Part shown: one piece after another, positions 1 through 11,435 of the stretch
Layout: every line of letters begins with the position of its first letter
How positions within the stretch are numbered: the stretch's first letter is position 1
DNA from: Phoronis australis
Taxonomy: Eukaryota > Animalia > Phoronida
Assembly: GCA_002633005.1 (NCBI GenBank)
Contig: NMRA01000010.1
Coordinates: 985,252 to 1,049,251, forward strand
Length of the DNA stretch: 64,000 nucleotides
Direction of reading: 5' to 3'
Notes under the pieces: model-generated
The model's database searches: none
What the model was told of the DNA's origin: nothing
Seen by the model: only the letters and a program-made list of their open reading frames with translations
Position numbers and translations under genes: made by a program

Positions 1-373
1 CTAAAGGAACAATAAATCAAGCATTAATCACTGTAATTAACGATCTTAATCGTATTTTAACTCTCCGTTAATTTTTATCACTTAAAAGTCGCCTGCTACA
101 AGGCGGCCATATTGAATGGCTTTTGTATGCCTTCTACGTACTGTAGTGTAACTTCAAGCCGACTGTGCGTTACTGTAAACTTTGCTCCTGATACGAGGAA
201 CTTACACCAATGTCGCATAAATGCCAAGAAGCCAACTTTGAATGATAAAACACTTAAACATGACACCTGCAATGAGTTTTGAGAGGCTGAGCACACCAAT
301 GACGTGCATCTATAATTTGCGAGATGGGAATAAGTGTCTTTTTGTTCCATTTCCCTTGACATCATGGTGCAAA

Positions 374-527
374 CCTGGCGTGCGTTTAGTAGACGCTAGG
401 ACCTACACTAGAACGGACCTAGCTAAAACCTAGTCAAAGTCACGTGTTCTTATTTAAAATGCACGGCAAAATCTCACGTAATCTCGCGAAGTCTTGCTTT
501 TTAGCGAGGTCCTAGCGTTACTGAATG
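374..527 (-). mobile_element. MITE, probably Harbinger-type; dispersed family
   Basis: Shared core cacgtgttcttatttaaaatgcacggcaaaatctcacgtaatctcgcgaag. Related copies lie at about 22208-22347 and 32215-32372 (TIR ggagtagagttcagtaa / ttattgaactctaccc), with partial copies at about 56900-57017 and 62590-62645. Confidence 0.6.
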
Positions 528-1404
528 GGAGGCTGTTATAAACTGATGTTTGTAAGGCCCCACGCGAAGTTATGTATCAAGATGGCGATTTTGTCCCACA
601 GTTCCGCTTACTTTCGATTGAAAACCAACTAGCGGCCTATTGCGTTACGGCAAGAACTCTTATACGTTATTCTATTCAAACCCTAAATTGTTAAATAAAA
701 CTACTTTCCGACCTTTCGCTCATTGTTCTATGTTTTCGCGGTGGAGCAATGGGGAGGCAAAAAGAAAAGTTTACATGTCCCTTGACGTGCCAAAGCTTTT
801 AGAGATTAAACCGTTTTGTATGTTGCTGAAGTATTGGTGGGAATACCTAGATCTAGTTAGGCCCAAGACGTTTAAAGAACAAAAACCTGTACAATGAAGG
901 AAGGAATTTTTTTCTGGTGTTGGAGTTCTGTTGATGTCGTCTATTATTTGTTTCATGATAAAAACCTCCATCTTATGTAATATCGATCATTTGAGGCTAG
1001 TGATGACATCTGGGATTTCTATGACAAATGACTCTGCTGCCAGGTAATTCACTTACCTTTAATGACCAAATTATATCAGCGCAATTCATCAAAGCGACTA
1101 AACTTATACATGTAATGCCCTATGGAATGTTTTGCAGCTACACCCACGGCTAAAATGTGAGAATGCATGATTCCTAGGGTAAATCTGATGAACGAATCGT
1201 GCTTTTATATCAGGTTTTGAAATACTTAATGAAGGTATCTTGGATTCCGACTTATAAAATGTGGTCGCATAGTCTCTGCTTTAGAATAGTAGTTTATATT
1301 TTTTCTGAAAAAATAAAGTCGGTTTGAAATTTGCGAAGTTGTCATTTGATCCCATATCTAGTCTTCTATCATTTAGTACTAGCACCCAGAACGGGGTCAC
1401 CCCG

Positions 1405-2225
1405 TTTGTTCCCGTTTTATCTACATGGGGTTCTATGTGTCTAGTTTTCTGTGCATCGGGCGGAGTTCTGTGTGTCCCGGGTTATGTGTATCCCGGTGTG
1501 GTAGTGGTGATTGTCCCCCTGTGCATGTATTTCAATGTCAGCATGCCAGCGCGTTAGCCAGATGCTTCATTCAAATACACGCGAGCCAGACAATTTCTCC
1601 AGGTGGACCATGGTTACTTTCACACAGTGTTCTATGTGTCCGTGGTCAGCATTGGACCAGCCAAGGAAACCAACATAAAATCATCGTGTGCGACCTAGCC
1701 AAAATCTCGCAAACTTTTAAGGCGCCCTTTCAAGATCTAGCTCGCACTTGACAATTCCAGGGGACATCGCTTGGTATGACAACGACTAGGATCCGATGAG
1801 GATGTATAACAACAACACGTTACCAGGCCGTCAGGCATTCGCATCCCTGAACTACCAAATAGAATCTGGTAGAATTTTAGGGGGCATGACCCCTTTGGAC
1901 CCCCTCTAAATCCGCCACTGGAACATACTCCATTACTTGTAGAATTTTTTGTCCTATATCAAAATCGAAAAACACCTCAAAATTGCCATGTGGACTTAAA
2001 ATTGCAATTGTAGCTAAAATTTTCCCACTCGTCCACTTAGCGCTTGGACCATGGCCCTAACAACCGGGACACATAGAACCCGTAATACACAGAACCCGGA
2101 ATCCATACACGGGACAAATGGAACCCGGGACACAAAGAACCCCGCACGCATTGAACCCGTGACGCAATGCTACGCTCCCGACAGAACACTTGGAAGGAGT
2201 CTACTGAACCCAGGATAGAACATAC
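1405..2225. mobile_element. Foldback/MITE-like element whose inverted arms are built of ~17-18 bp subrepeats
   Basis: The left arm (~1405-1500) repeats gttctatgtgtcccgg-like units. The right arm (~2063-2225) repeats the reverse complement ccgggacacatagaaccc. Confidence 0.5.
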
Positions 2226-2685
2226 CCCCAAAGGACAATTTGCCCACATTCAACACCGATCCACTAAGCGTAAGTAAACGTTAGTGTTACAGCGGGGCAT
2301 ACTCTCTGGTACATTTTCCCATATTCAGCAAAATTCAAGTATCACTGGCACAGACTTTTAATGAGTTTAACCAAAAGTAGCATGTGGTGACTGTAGAAAT
2401 GCAAACGTGCTCACGCTTCCAAGGTGGTGGCAATAAATATCACATTAGGCATATCTTACAGTAGCAGAATTTGAACGGATGAGAAAGTGTGTTCTGTTCA
2501 CCCCAGATTATCCACCAAAGTCCTCGGCATATCAGAGGCTTTATAGCGCCGTCAAAGATTGAAGTGAGCTAGTCGCCGAATGTATATTGGATGAGATAAT
2601 TGCGGTCGTAAACGAACGCGCCTGTTTAGCGTACAAGTCGAGGTCAAAAAAAGAAACAATAAGTAAGGCGAACGACCAACATGAC

Positions 2686-3301
2686 TGTTGTTAAAATTGA
2701 AAAGAGTAAGGAGTTGACTGACACAAAGTTTAATAAGTTGTTTTTATTGATCTGTTTGTGTACTAGCAGATAGCACTTGATTGACGTGACCCATGAGTTC
2801 AATACAGTGATGATGTGATTTGTTACAATAGAATAACAGGGAACATTCTAGAAGATTCCAGTATGTTAGTGATTAATATAGACATTCTAGAGCCTAGTAT
2901 ATGTTTGTAGAGAGTTTGGGTAGATTCCAAGAAGTTCTGAATAAAATGTGCCTAAATTGGTAAAAAGTTCTAGAACATTGTAAGAGGCTACAAATTCCCA
3001 GGCAGTTGTAAGTGACAGTTAGTTGAAAGTGAGTTGAAAGTCAGTTACAGTTAAAGTCATAGTTGAGTCTCAGTGAAGAAAACCATCAGTTACAGCGCTA
3101 TACAATCTATTCAACTATTGAGACAGCAGGTTATTGAATCAAAGACTGTGCACTGGCTGGAGTATAGAACAGATAATACGTCACACGTTTTGTTTGAGTA
3201 GACTTGTTAACCTACGGTCGAGAATAATAAAGTGATAAACTCGATCCCACTCTTCTGTCAATCGTCGCACCGAAAGCTATTACCACCGGTTGGTAACAAC
3301 T
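2686..3301 (+). mobile_element. Solo LTR (~616 bp)
   Basis: Termini TGTTGTTA...TAACAAC(T), with the last base mutated. Flanks atgac / atgcc form a 5-bp TSD with one mismatch. It has internal TTCTAGAA motifs, a TATA-like tacaaat near 2989 and AATAAA near 3225. Confidence 0.65.
2840..2859. promoter_or_regulatory. Perfect four-pentamer heat-shock element inside the solo LTR
   Basis: gGAAcaTTCtaGAAgaTTCc consists of four alternating nGAAn units. Function is untested. Confidence 0.55.
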
Positions 3302-4745
3302 ATGCCCACCCATTCACCGGGAAAACGTGATGAAAAGTAAATATTAGTCGTCTTCGAATTTCTAATTTCGATGCATTGTAAGAGAAACTAGCGAATAGGT
3401 TTTCTTCAGCAGCGCGGCTAAGTCACGCGCATTGATTTGTGAATCAATTAGGACATGTTAGCCACAGTCTTGCTTAACCCCAAAGGTTAGCGTAGGCGTT
3501 GCCTCGTGAAGAATAAATAGGCTTTTTCAACAACTAGTTATGTTGCAGCTGCCATAATTAATGATTTAAAAGCATTTACTGTGCTTTTTCTAAAGGTTTG
3601 AGTCACGTTAGTGTTTAAGAGGCTGTATAATGACATTTTACACATTTTAAAGAGGAACACGTGAAACCAACCAATCTTTCCACCTGCGTAGCGAACACGA
3701 GGCTGCTAATTTTACAGAATTAACTGGCCTATACGAAAGGTTGATTTTAGGAGGAAGCATGGCTTTACTGTCCCTTTAATAATCGTCAATTTCATGCAAT
3801 ATCAATGACATTTTAGCCTCTAACTACAAGAATCAAGTCGCATCAATTAATTCGACTTACTGTCATAATGAACATAAGCTGTTTGTTAGAAATTGATTTG
3901 TTAACGCGATCAGTTTGCAATTGCTTTGTGCGCATACAACGTAATTTACTTGGTGTTCTACAATCACCCGCAGGTCAACCGGTCTTCTGGGAATAACCAA
4001 GACATAATTTTTAAGATTTTTAGTCATTTGACGTCAATTTCATATATTATTTCAGGAGCTTTGCTACGTTTTCGATTTAGTGAAGTTCAGAACACATAGA
4101 GCTCATTATTTATCGACAGCTTTGTTGTTTACAACGTATTCTTAAAAACACTGATTCCTCTCCATACACCAATTTAGAACACAGGATTTGTTTCGTCAGT
4201 GGAAACCCATCACTTAGTTAGAAACATGGTATAAAAACATGGTTAAATAACCCTGTTTGTGTTCATTTCATTATAATCATTTTAATGTTTTTAAAGTGGG
4301 TAGCGTTTCCGAGGACACCTCATTACATATGGCGGCATTGGTCACCTGTCACTCACTACGGCGACCATTTTAGGTGGTGGTGCAGCATCAAAATGAAAAT
4401 TAAACTAAAAACTGATATTAAATTCAGCTAAGTTTGAAAATGATCGGAGTTGTGTTGAACGACAATTATTTAGGCTTACGGTTTGACCGAATTACTCTGC
4501 GTTAAAATCCGTTTTATGTCGTTTGTGTGTAAAATGGATGTATTTTTCATTCATTTCATTCATAGATTTCATTCATTTGTTTTGACATGTTTATATTTCA
4601 TCAACGCGCCCAAGCGATGGGTGACCAGCTGCACTGAACATTGTTACCCAGAACACTGGAATAGAAATGCAATCCATGGTAACAACAACAATAGCGCCCA
4701 CAAACTAGGAAGGTGATGGCACGTGTGCTGGGCAAAGAATATTAC

Positions 4746-5480
4746 CTGATATTCCTTTTCAACTGTTTCGAGGTAATCCAGTTCATGACTGAGGCGAAAA
4801 GCAGCCATTAAAGGGTCTTCATGCGCAAGGGAAAGATACGCCGTTCCCGCAAGGCCGCGATAAGCATTCAGTCTGGTGCGAGAGTATTTGACGGAATCGT
4901 AGATCCTCATGTTACGACATTCCACGCAATGGCAATTGTAGTCGTGTGGTTTCGTGATTCGAGAGCCATGAAGTAACAGCATTTGCACCATGCGGTAGTT
5001 ATTTAGTTGAGCCGCCAGCATAATGGGAGTTATATCCGAAGAAAATCGAGGATTGTCGGACATTCGTTTATTATAAAACTCTCCTCCAGCTAAGTTAAAC
5101 TTATTGCTTTTGAAGACTGTGTGTTTCAGTAATATCTCACAGATATTCACACGTCCTAGGCTGACCGAGTGAAGCAAGGCGTCTTGCACACACTGTGCGT
5201 TAATGCGCGGCAGTAAAAACTCAATGACTTCTTCGTGGTCGCCATCAGCCGCTAATTCTATAGCGTTCCGTCCCAGGAAATCAACACAATTCACGTTAAC
5301 TCCATCTTGAAGTACACAAGACATAACTTCCTGTTCGTTGCCGTGCTGGCAAGCAGTGAGGAAGCGTGATTCAGACGTGATAACATCTTCTTCTGTAGTA
5401 GGAGAGAATATCTTTTTGTACAAAAGGTCTTTTCGTAGAGTCTTTCCAGTCCTACGCTTTGATGTTCCTCTAACGGGCAT
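4746..5480 (-). CDS. Coding exon (245 codons) of a canonical TRP channel, TRPC3/6/7-like: ankyrin repeats plus TRP_2 domain
   Basis: Ankyrin motifs (FLTACQHGN, VDFLGRNAIELA, ITPIMLAAQLNNY), the HDYNCHCVEC motif and RLNAYRGLA..AYLSL..EDP..AFRLSHEL...EKEY. Acceptor ttgtcttgcag|ATG at 5480 and donor cag|gtaat at 4746/4745; 735 nt, phase 0. The ORF-track ends (5504 and 4644) are intronic. The remaining exons were not identified and probably lie left of the window. Confidence 0.92.
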
Positions 5481-7714
5481 CTGCAAGACAAGACATACTT
5501 TCACATCTCATCACAGCAGGTCGATCAGAACACTTATACTTGACTAGCCAGCAATTCTGGTCGTCGTTTTGAAACCTAGTCATTGTTCGCTTGAAATTTT
5601 CAGTGAACACTACTCCTGCCTAAAGAGACAAGCCGCATGTACGTGTATACTCCTAACAGATTTTATTAGAAAAAAGCTATCTTTTGAGTACACTGACCCT
5701 TGCATACTCTGTTGGAATTTGGAACAAGTGATATTTTTCGTTGTACGTACTAAGAATGGCGGTGAACCAAAACTACTTTAAATTCCCGGAGTATGATTTG
5801 GTAATGAAGGTAAATGCAAATAATTTTGAGTATTTTGGAAGACAAATCAGCCCGTATAATAATGGCGTGGAGCGGTGGAAGGCAATGCAAACCATGCGGG
5901 CAAGTTTTATTTCCTTGCGATGCAGGATTTCTCAAATGTAGAAAATTCTAAAATCACTGACATCATATACATTATTGCGCTTCGACCTTGGTATGAAAAA
6001 AACTAATGACCTCACGGGAAAAGACAAGATCGCAGACGTTTCCGCGAGATATTGTTAGATTTACTTGCGAGTACCTTGAGTACGGAACGTAGCCTAGCAT
6101 GACTTAACACTCCGCAAGGCATTGTCATCTGGGCCTACGGAGGCAGGTTTTTACAAAGATCGTAGGTTTGGTCGTAGCTAACTCCGGTCGCAGGCACGCT
6201 ATTTGAGAAGGTGTCACTGAACCTTACTGCTGACACAAGCGTGACCAAGCAGATCACATTTAATTTGAACGGTATTAAGCATCCAATATACCACTGTCTT
6301 AAGTAAAAGACCAAATGTCAGGGAAATGAATCATAAAGCGGGGCCCAGATCTCCAGTCTCATTGTTCTCTGAGAGAAAAATTTGCTTATGTGGTTTAAGG
6401 TAATGGGTCAACCAATAGACATAGCATAAAAGATTGATTAACTTTCGAACAGCGTACGCCCTATCTCAAGGATGTATGAATGGATTAGAATGAAACTATT
6501 TCACTTTTGTAAAGTGCGGCTTTTATGATTTCTATGGACAAATCAAAAGTACCAGAAAATAAAATAAAAAGCCTCGAAAAAATGTGGTAGCATTTTTGAG
6601 ATTTCACCGTGAACTTGTCTATCGAAAGATTCCGGCGTTACGGATTTGTCTCTGATGAATTGCAGCAATATATATTGACCGGCGACCCATTCAGTGAAAG
6701 GTTGTATAAACTACTTGTGCTTAAAATATACATTTCAATAAAGCTTAATAGCGCTGATTTGAAGAAGTTGGGCTCAATGAGGTCGCCATGGCAATACGCC
6801 CGTGCTGTGACTGTCTACTCAAACAATCAGCTCGAAAACGTAGACTTTGAAGTAAAACAAACAGTTAAAACCTTATGTTAAACTATACACTGCATGAGAT
6901 ACTTACGTTGACCTTACTTCCGAGAGTTAAATGTCGGCCAATCTCCAGAATAGTATTTTGCGTCGCTTATAATGAACTTGACTTGACATGGTTTGCACAC
7001 ATCAAATGTTATTATGTTAGATTAATACGGGTACATGACTGTTGAGCAATTATCACATTTGTCAGTTAGCCGACGTGAATGCGTGCCACCTGTACTTGAA
7101 GTCGACAATTCTCTGCCAATCGCGCGCATACAAACCCAGGCGTAATTTTCCATCGATTGACAGCAAATTTATGAATAAATAAATGATCAAACAAACATGT
7201 ATAATGCTCGTGTGTCTCACTGAAGTGCTTGATTAGCAACGTTTATATCACCACTCCGAAACAGATGTTTTCTTGAGTTAAAGAGACATTGTTGGATTGC
7301 CGCCGAAAAACACGTTTTGGGGATTGCTGTCGGATAGGGTAAACTTCTTGAAGTTGCCGGCTTTGACAACAGCTACACGTATAAAACAACAAAGATTGTT
7401 GTGCTCGTGTTATTTTAACACAAATGTACAATTCTCCCCCTTGTCTGCCACACATTCGCAGACATCGAGGGCGGTGTCCTCGTCATTTCAATACGCTTGT
7501 ATGTAATTCCTTGTTGTCAGTTGTTAGCGTGTTCGGATTTTAATCGTTAGCGCGACAGGTGTCACAGATTCTGAGAACGAGTTGATCGATCATTTAGATT
7601 AATGTACAAAATTACAGCCTGTAAACACTACCCTACCCCTTCTAATCATGCATCGTAAACGTAATTCATATTCTGATAGAAGGAATGGAATCCGTTAATA
7701 TTTCTGTCATGAAT

Positions 7715-7866
7715 CAGGGACGTATCCAGGATTTTGAGTTGGGGGGCAGGGCAGAGCATTAGCCAGGATTTTGCCCGCCAGATATTCGCACCCCCGAACT
7801 GCCAAATGGAATCTGGGAGAATTTTTTGGGGGCATGGCCTCCTTGTCCCCCTTAAATCCGCCACTG
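7715..7866 (+). mobile_element. hAT-like MITE with 5-bp TSD
   Basis: Termini cagggacgtatccagg ... aaatccgccactg, TSD tgaat/tgaat. A partial copy ends at 1920. Confidence 0.75.
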
Positions 7867-8327
7867 TGAATGATCCTAGAAAAGCGTTTGAGTGGAACTA
7901 GGTGGAACTGACACGTTAGTTATGTCATTAGTAATTCAATTTCGAAGATAAAACAATATCCAAAGTGGGCAAAAAGGTCCGCCTCGGAGAAAACGAGACA
8001 AAAGTCTACAAAAATTCGGTGCGAATGCGCAATTCATAGGTCTGAACGTAGTACCCCGTTTTTATTTTTAGTCCCCGTATTTTTTCAGTAAAAGGTCCAC
8101 ATATTGAAAAAGTAGAGCGCCCCCTATATTTTAGGCTGGGTGCGTGCATGAGGGATAAACTTAATGTAATTATTCACTACTTGTGTACGTTGGTGGCGCT
8201 GCAAAAATGATTGTTGTGCATTGCTCTTCAGGACACAATAGCCTCGTTCACATGCTTAAGTGAGAAACCTGAGTGTTAATTGCTCTGTCTGATGAGGTCA
8301 AACCATGAGAACCAGAGCAGTGGAAAC

Positions 8328-8486
8328 CAGTGGCGGACTGAGAGGGCGGTCAAGGGGGCCATGCCACCCCTAAAGTTCTCCCACATTCCATTTGGCAGTT
8401 CGGGGGTGCGAATGTGTGACGGACAAAATCCTGGCTAATACTCTGCCCTGCCCTCCCCCTAACTCAAAATCCTGGATCCGCCCCTG
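8328..8486 (-). mobile_element. hAT-like MITE, inverted copy of 7715-7866
   Basis: Termini cagtggcggactg ... ggatccgcccctg, flanks gaaac/taaac. The reverse complement aligns along its full length with 7715-7866. Confidence 0.75.
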
Positions 8487-8680
8487 TAAACTACCATAAC
8501 TCGAAGGGTAGATAAGCGACACCTTACACACACCTACATGCAAGCCTAGATTCACGCGCTAACGTGGAAAGCCTGTACGCCCTGTCCGACTTGGTATTCC
8601 ACAACGTGACATGCGCAGTTGCAGACCACATGGCTGCTACTACGGAGCTTGTCCAGGGAATCGATACGGCGTCATTCCTA

Positions 8681-9005
8681 CCGGAAATTTCCGAATACAA
8701 GACCGCGGGAGGATATTCGGAAAATGGGGGCGTATCTTTTTTCAAACATTTTGTGATGCAGTTTTAGTTAAATAAACATCATGTCTGAATTTTTAAATCA
8801 ACACGTCCTGTTTAACTATGTAGTTGTATCTCTTTTCTAGGAATTTCATGAATCCATACTTATTGGAAATTTGAGCAAACACAATGAGTTAAATCTGCCC
8901 TTCACACTTGCTAACATGATTACCCATCAGATTTTCAAAACATGGAAACATTCACCGTAAATAGGCATACTTACTTTTGGGTGGGCCTATTTTCGGAAAT
9001 TCATG
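8681..9005. mobile_element. Pogo/Tc1-mariner-type MITE
   Basis: Flanked by TA on both sides, with imperfect TIRs atttccgaatacaagaccgc / gtgggcctattttcggaaat. Confidence 0.5.
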
Positions 9006-9083
9006 TATGAATACGTTTACCCTTTAAGGTATTAATGACGGCCCTGTAGCTTTTGGAGAGAGTACTGCCCTGCATTGCTTATG

Positions 9084-9434
9084 CAAAGTTCTGAATTGCA
9101 AAAATACTATGAAAATCGACCACATTTGTTTTTGGCCAAAATATGAGAACGGACTTAAAAATCGGCACGTATGTAAAGAACAACACATTGATTGACGTTT
9201 CGGTTTATTGTATATAAACCATTCTCAAGACAAAAGTTCCCAATATTCCAATCAATGAACCGAACGCCGATCAATATGTCGTTGTTTATATACGCGTTGA
9301 TTTAAAGTTCGTACCCATGTTATGAAAAAATCCAATTTTGCTCAAAATCCGACAACTGTTGTTTTATAGCCAAAGTTACTGTAAACATTTTCTTTGTTTT
9401 TCTTTGAAAATCGCTTTGTCAATTCAGAACTCTG
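9084..9434. mobile_element. Palindromic MITE
   Basis: Outer inverted repeat caaagttctgaattg / caattcagaactctg and an inner inverted repeat at ~9167-9210 vs ~9253-9297. No clear TSD. Confidence 0.5.
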
Positions 9435-11135
9435 TCACCCAGTCACACATCCTGCGTAAGCTCTAGTGAATTCAACAAGGATTCAAACAGAAATGACGGG
9501 GGTCTGACGTAAGGACGCTGCAATGTGCGGCAACAAGTCATTTTTTATATTGCTATCCAGTATACATCGCCGCAATTAACACCGGTTACTTTCCCTGATA
9601 TTTATTGCAAAAATATCTCACCAACACGTGCGTAGACTATTGCACTCAAGAGACGGGCAAGGAATTAGGAACCAATTTGCATGAAACAGTTCCAAATAAG
9701 GACTTCACGACTACGTTCCGTGAATCTTTTGGACATTTGTGGATTCACTTTATTGTTTTTCTGTCACATTGTCTTTATTACTAGCTCATCTTTTATTCAA
9801 GGCCTTTTCTAATAAACATCTAAAAACCGAGCTTACTCTCAATATGCACGATAGCTTTACATAGACTTAGTAATGGAGATAAAATAGTCAATGATCCTAA
9901 GAATCCACAAATGCGCTGGGTATTTAGGCAAAATAGTTAAATCCCTATCTACTAATGTTGCGTGTAACCGGTCATTGTTTTGAATTATTCAGTGTATTAA
10001 GGCGAGCGACCATAAATAAACATACTATACATACACACACGCGCACGCACGCAAGCGGATTGGTTTAAACAAAATGCGAAGTCAAGAAAAACAAAGCAAA
10101 ACAGAAAATACAGCTTAACATCTAACACAGCATGACTGCCTTTCTCTGCAGGGACTAGGAACCAGGCAGCATTAGTTATGACGTTAAAATCCCGAGAACT
10201 CTTATAGCGACTAAAACTAGTGGCATATGTTTTACAGCAATTTGAATGTCAAGTACAAAAGGCATATTAACTAGAGACGGTATTTATTCTCAATAACTTA
10301 AATCTCACCACAAGGGCATAAACTCTCCTCGCTTGGAATTATAAGGTATCTTCTCATCTCAACAACCAACGAATGGATAGCGCATCAAAATCGCGCCGGC
10401 GTTTTTCAGTGAACATTTGCAATATACGCACGTGCAACTCCAGCATTAGAGTTGGCTTAAACAATCTACATTTGATTTGCTTGTTAGTGATACACTTTCT
10501 TGGCTTGTCACATACCGGTATGACGTTCAAGGTCAGTACAGCGTTGTTTAAAAACGTTTAAAAATAAGACTTTATCTCTAACTCCTTATTTATGTGAATT
10601 AGCCTCGAAACTGAATTTCTGCTTACTTGTCGGGGCCCCTTCCACAGACCGTCAGGGCAAAGGTTGCACAGTAACAATGATTTGAATAATGTATTTGTAT
10701 TTCTAAATAAAGATTCCCCTAACATGTGACCATAGCATATAAAATCGAGTAATTGTTTCACAACAGTTTTCTGTCAGCAAACACTGAATTAGTAAATGTG
10801 CTCATACGGCCTCGGTGCCCGGTCAATTACCTTTGTTGCCGGCATCAAATGCCAGTAACGCAGTGGCTTATTAATTGCTGGCTTCTCAACATTTGTCACG
10901 AATACTGCAAAGGCATTATAAATTGTATCTAATGAGACAGACTTTGTTTCAGTTTTATATAAGCATTGGTTAGGATGAGAATAATTCATTTTGAAACATA
11001 ACGCAGAATAATAAACGTCGACATGGCAACTCACCAGGCGCCAATCCCGACTTAGTCAAGAGCTCATCCGACGAAGACTTCACGGGTCGGAACGTTAGGT
11101 TTTACAGGCTATCAGTTCGAACCGGAATACACTGA

Positions 11136-11435
11136 TCAAGAAATACTAGAGAGGCGCCGTGAACATGCACAGGCAACGGAACGTATGGATAGTTCTTTGG
11201 TGAGCCGGAATTCGTCAGAGAAATCACTGTCGCCGAAATGCCGGCCACAGACACGGAGATGTTTCACGGCCTCATACTTTCTATTAACAGCGTATCTTTC
11301 ATTTTGCACTACCGCGAGCCACTTCCTAAGCATTTCGGACTCTCGAGAAGGCCAACAAAAAGGTTTACCCGCTTTCTTCGCAGCTTCATAGTTCGGACAA
11401 GCGGAAACAATGCATCGCAATATAGCGGCATTCAC
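11136..11435 (-). pseudogene. THAP zinc-finger fragment, probably a DNA transposon relic (Kolobok-like)
   Basis: THAP pattern C-x4-C (CIVSACPN) ... WP ... KW ... VCGRHF ... DF. It breaks off before the AVPT box. A TTAA-AGGGGAATG terminus-like sequence lies upstream on the - strand at ~11615-11627. Confidence 0.7.

Noticed and set aside
4644-4745. Hydrophobic C-terminus of the 286-aa ORF as a truncated membrane-anchored TRPC
   Set aside because: It lies past a canonical donor (cag|gtaat) where TRPC homology ends, so it is intron read-through.
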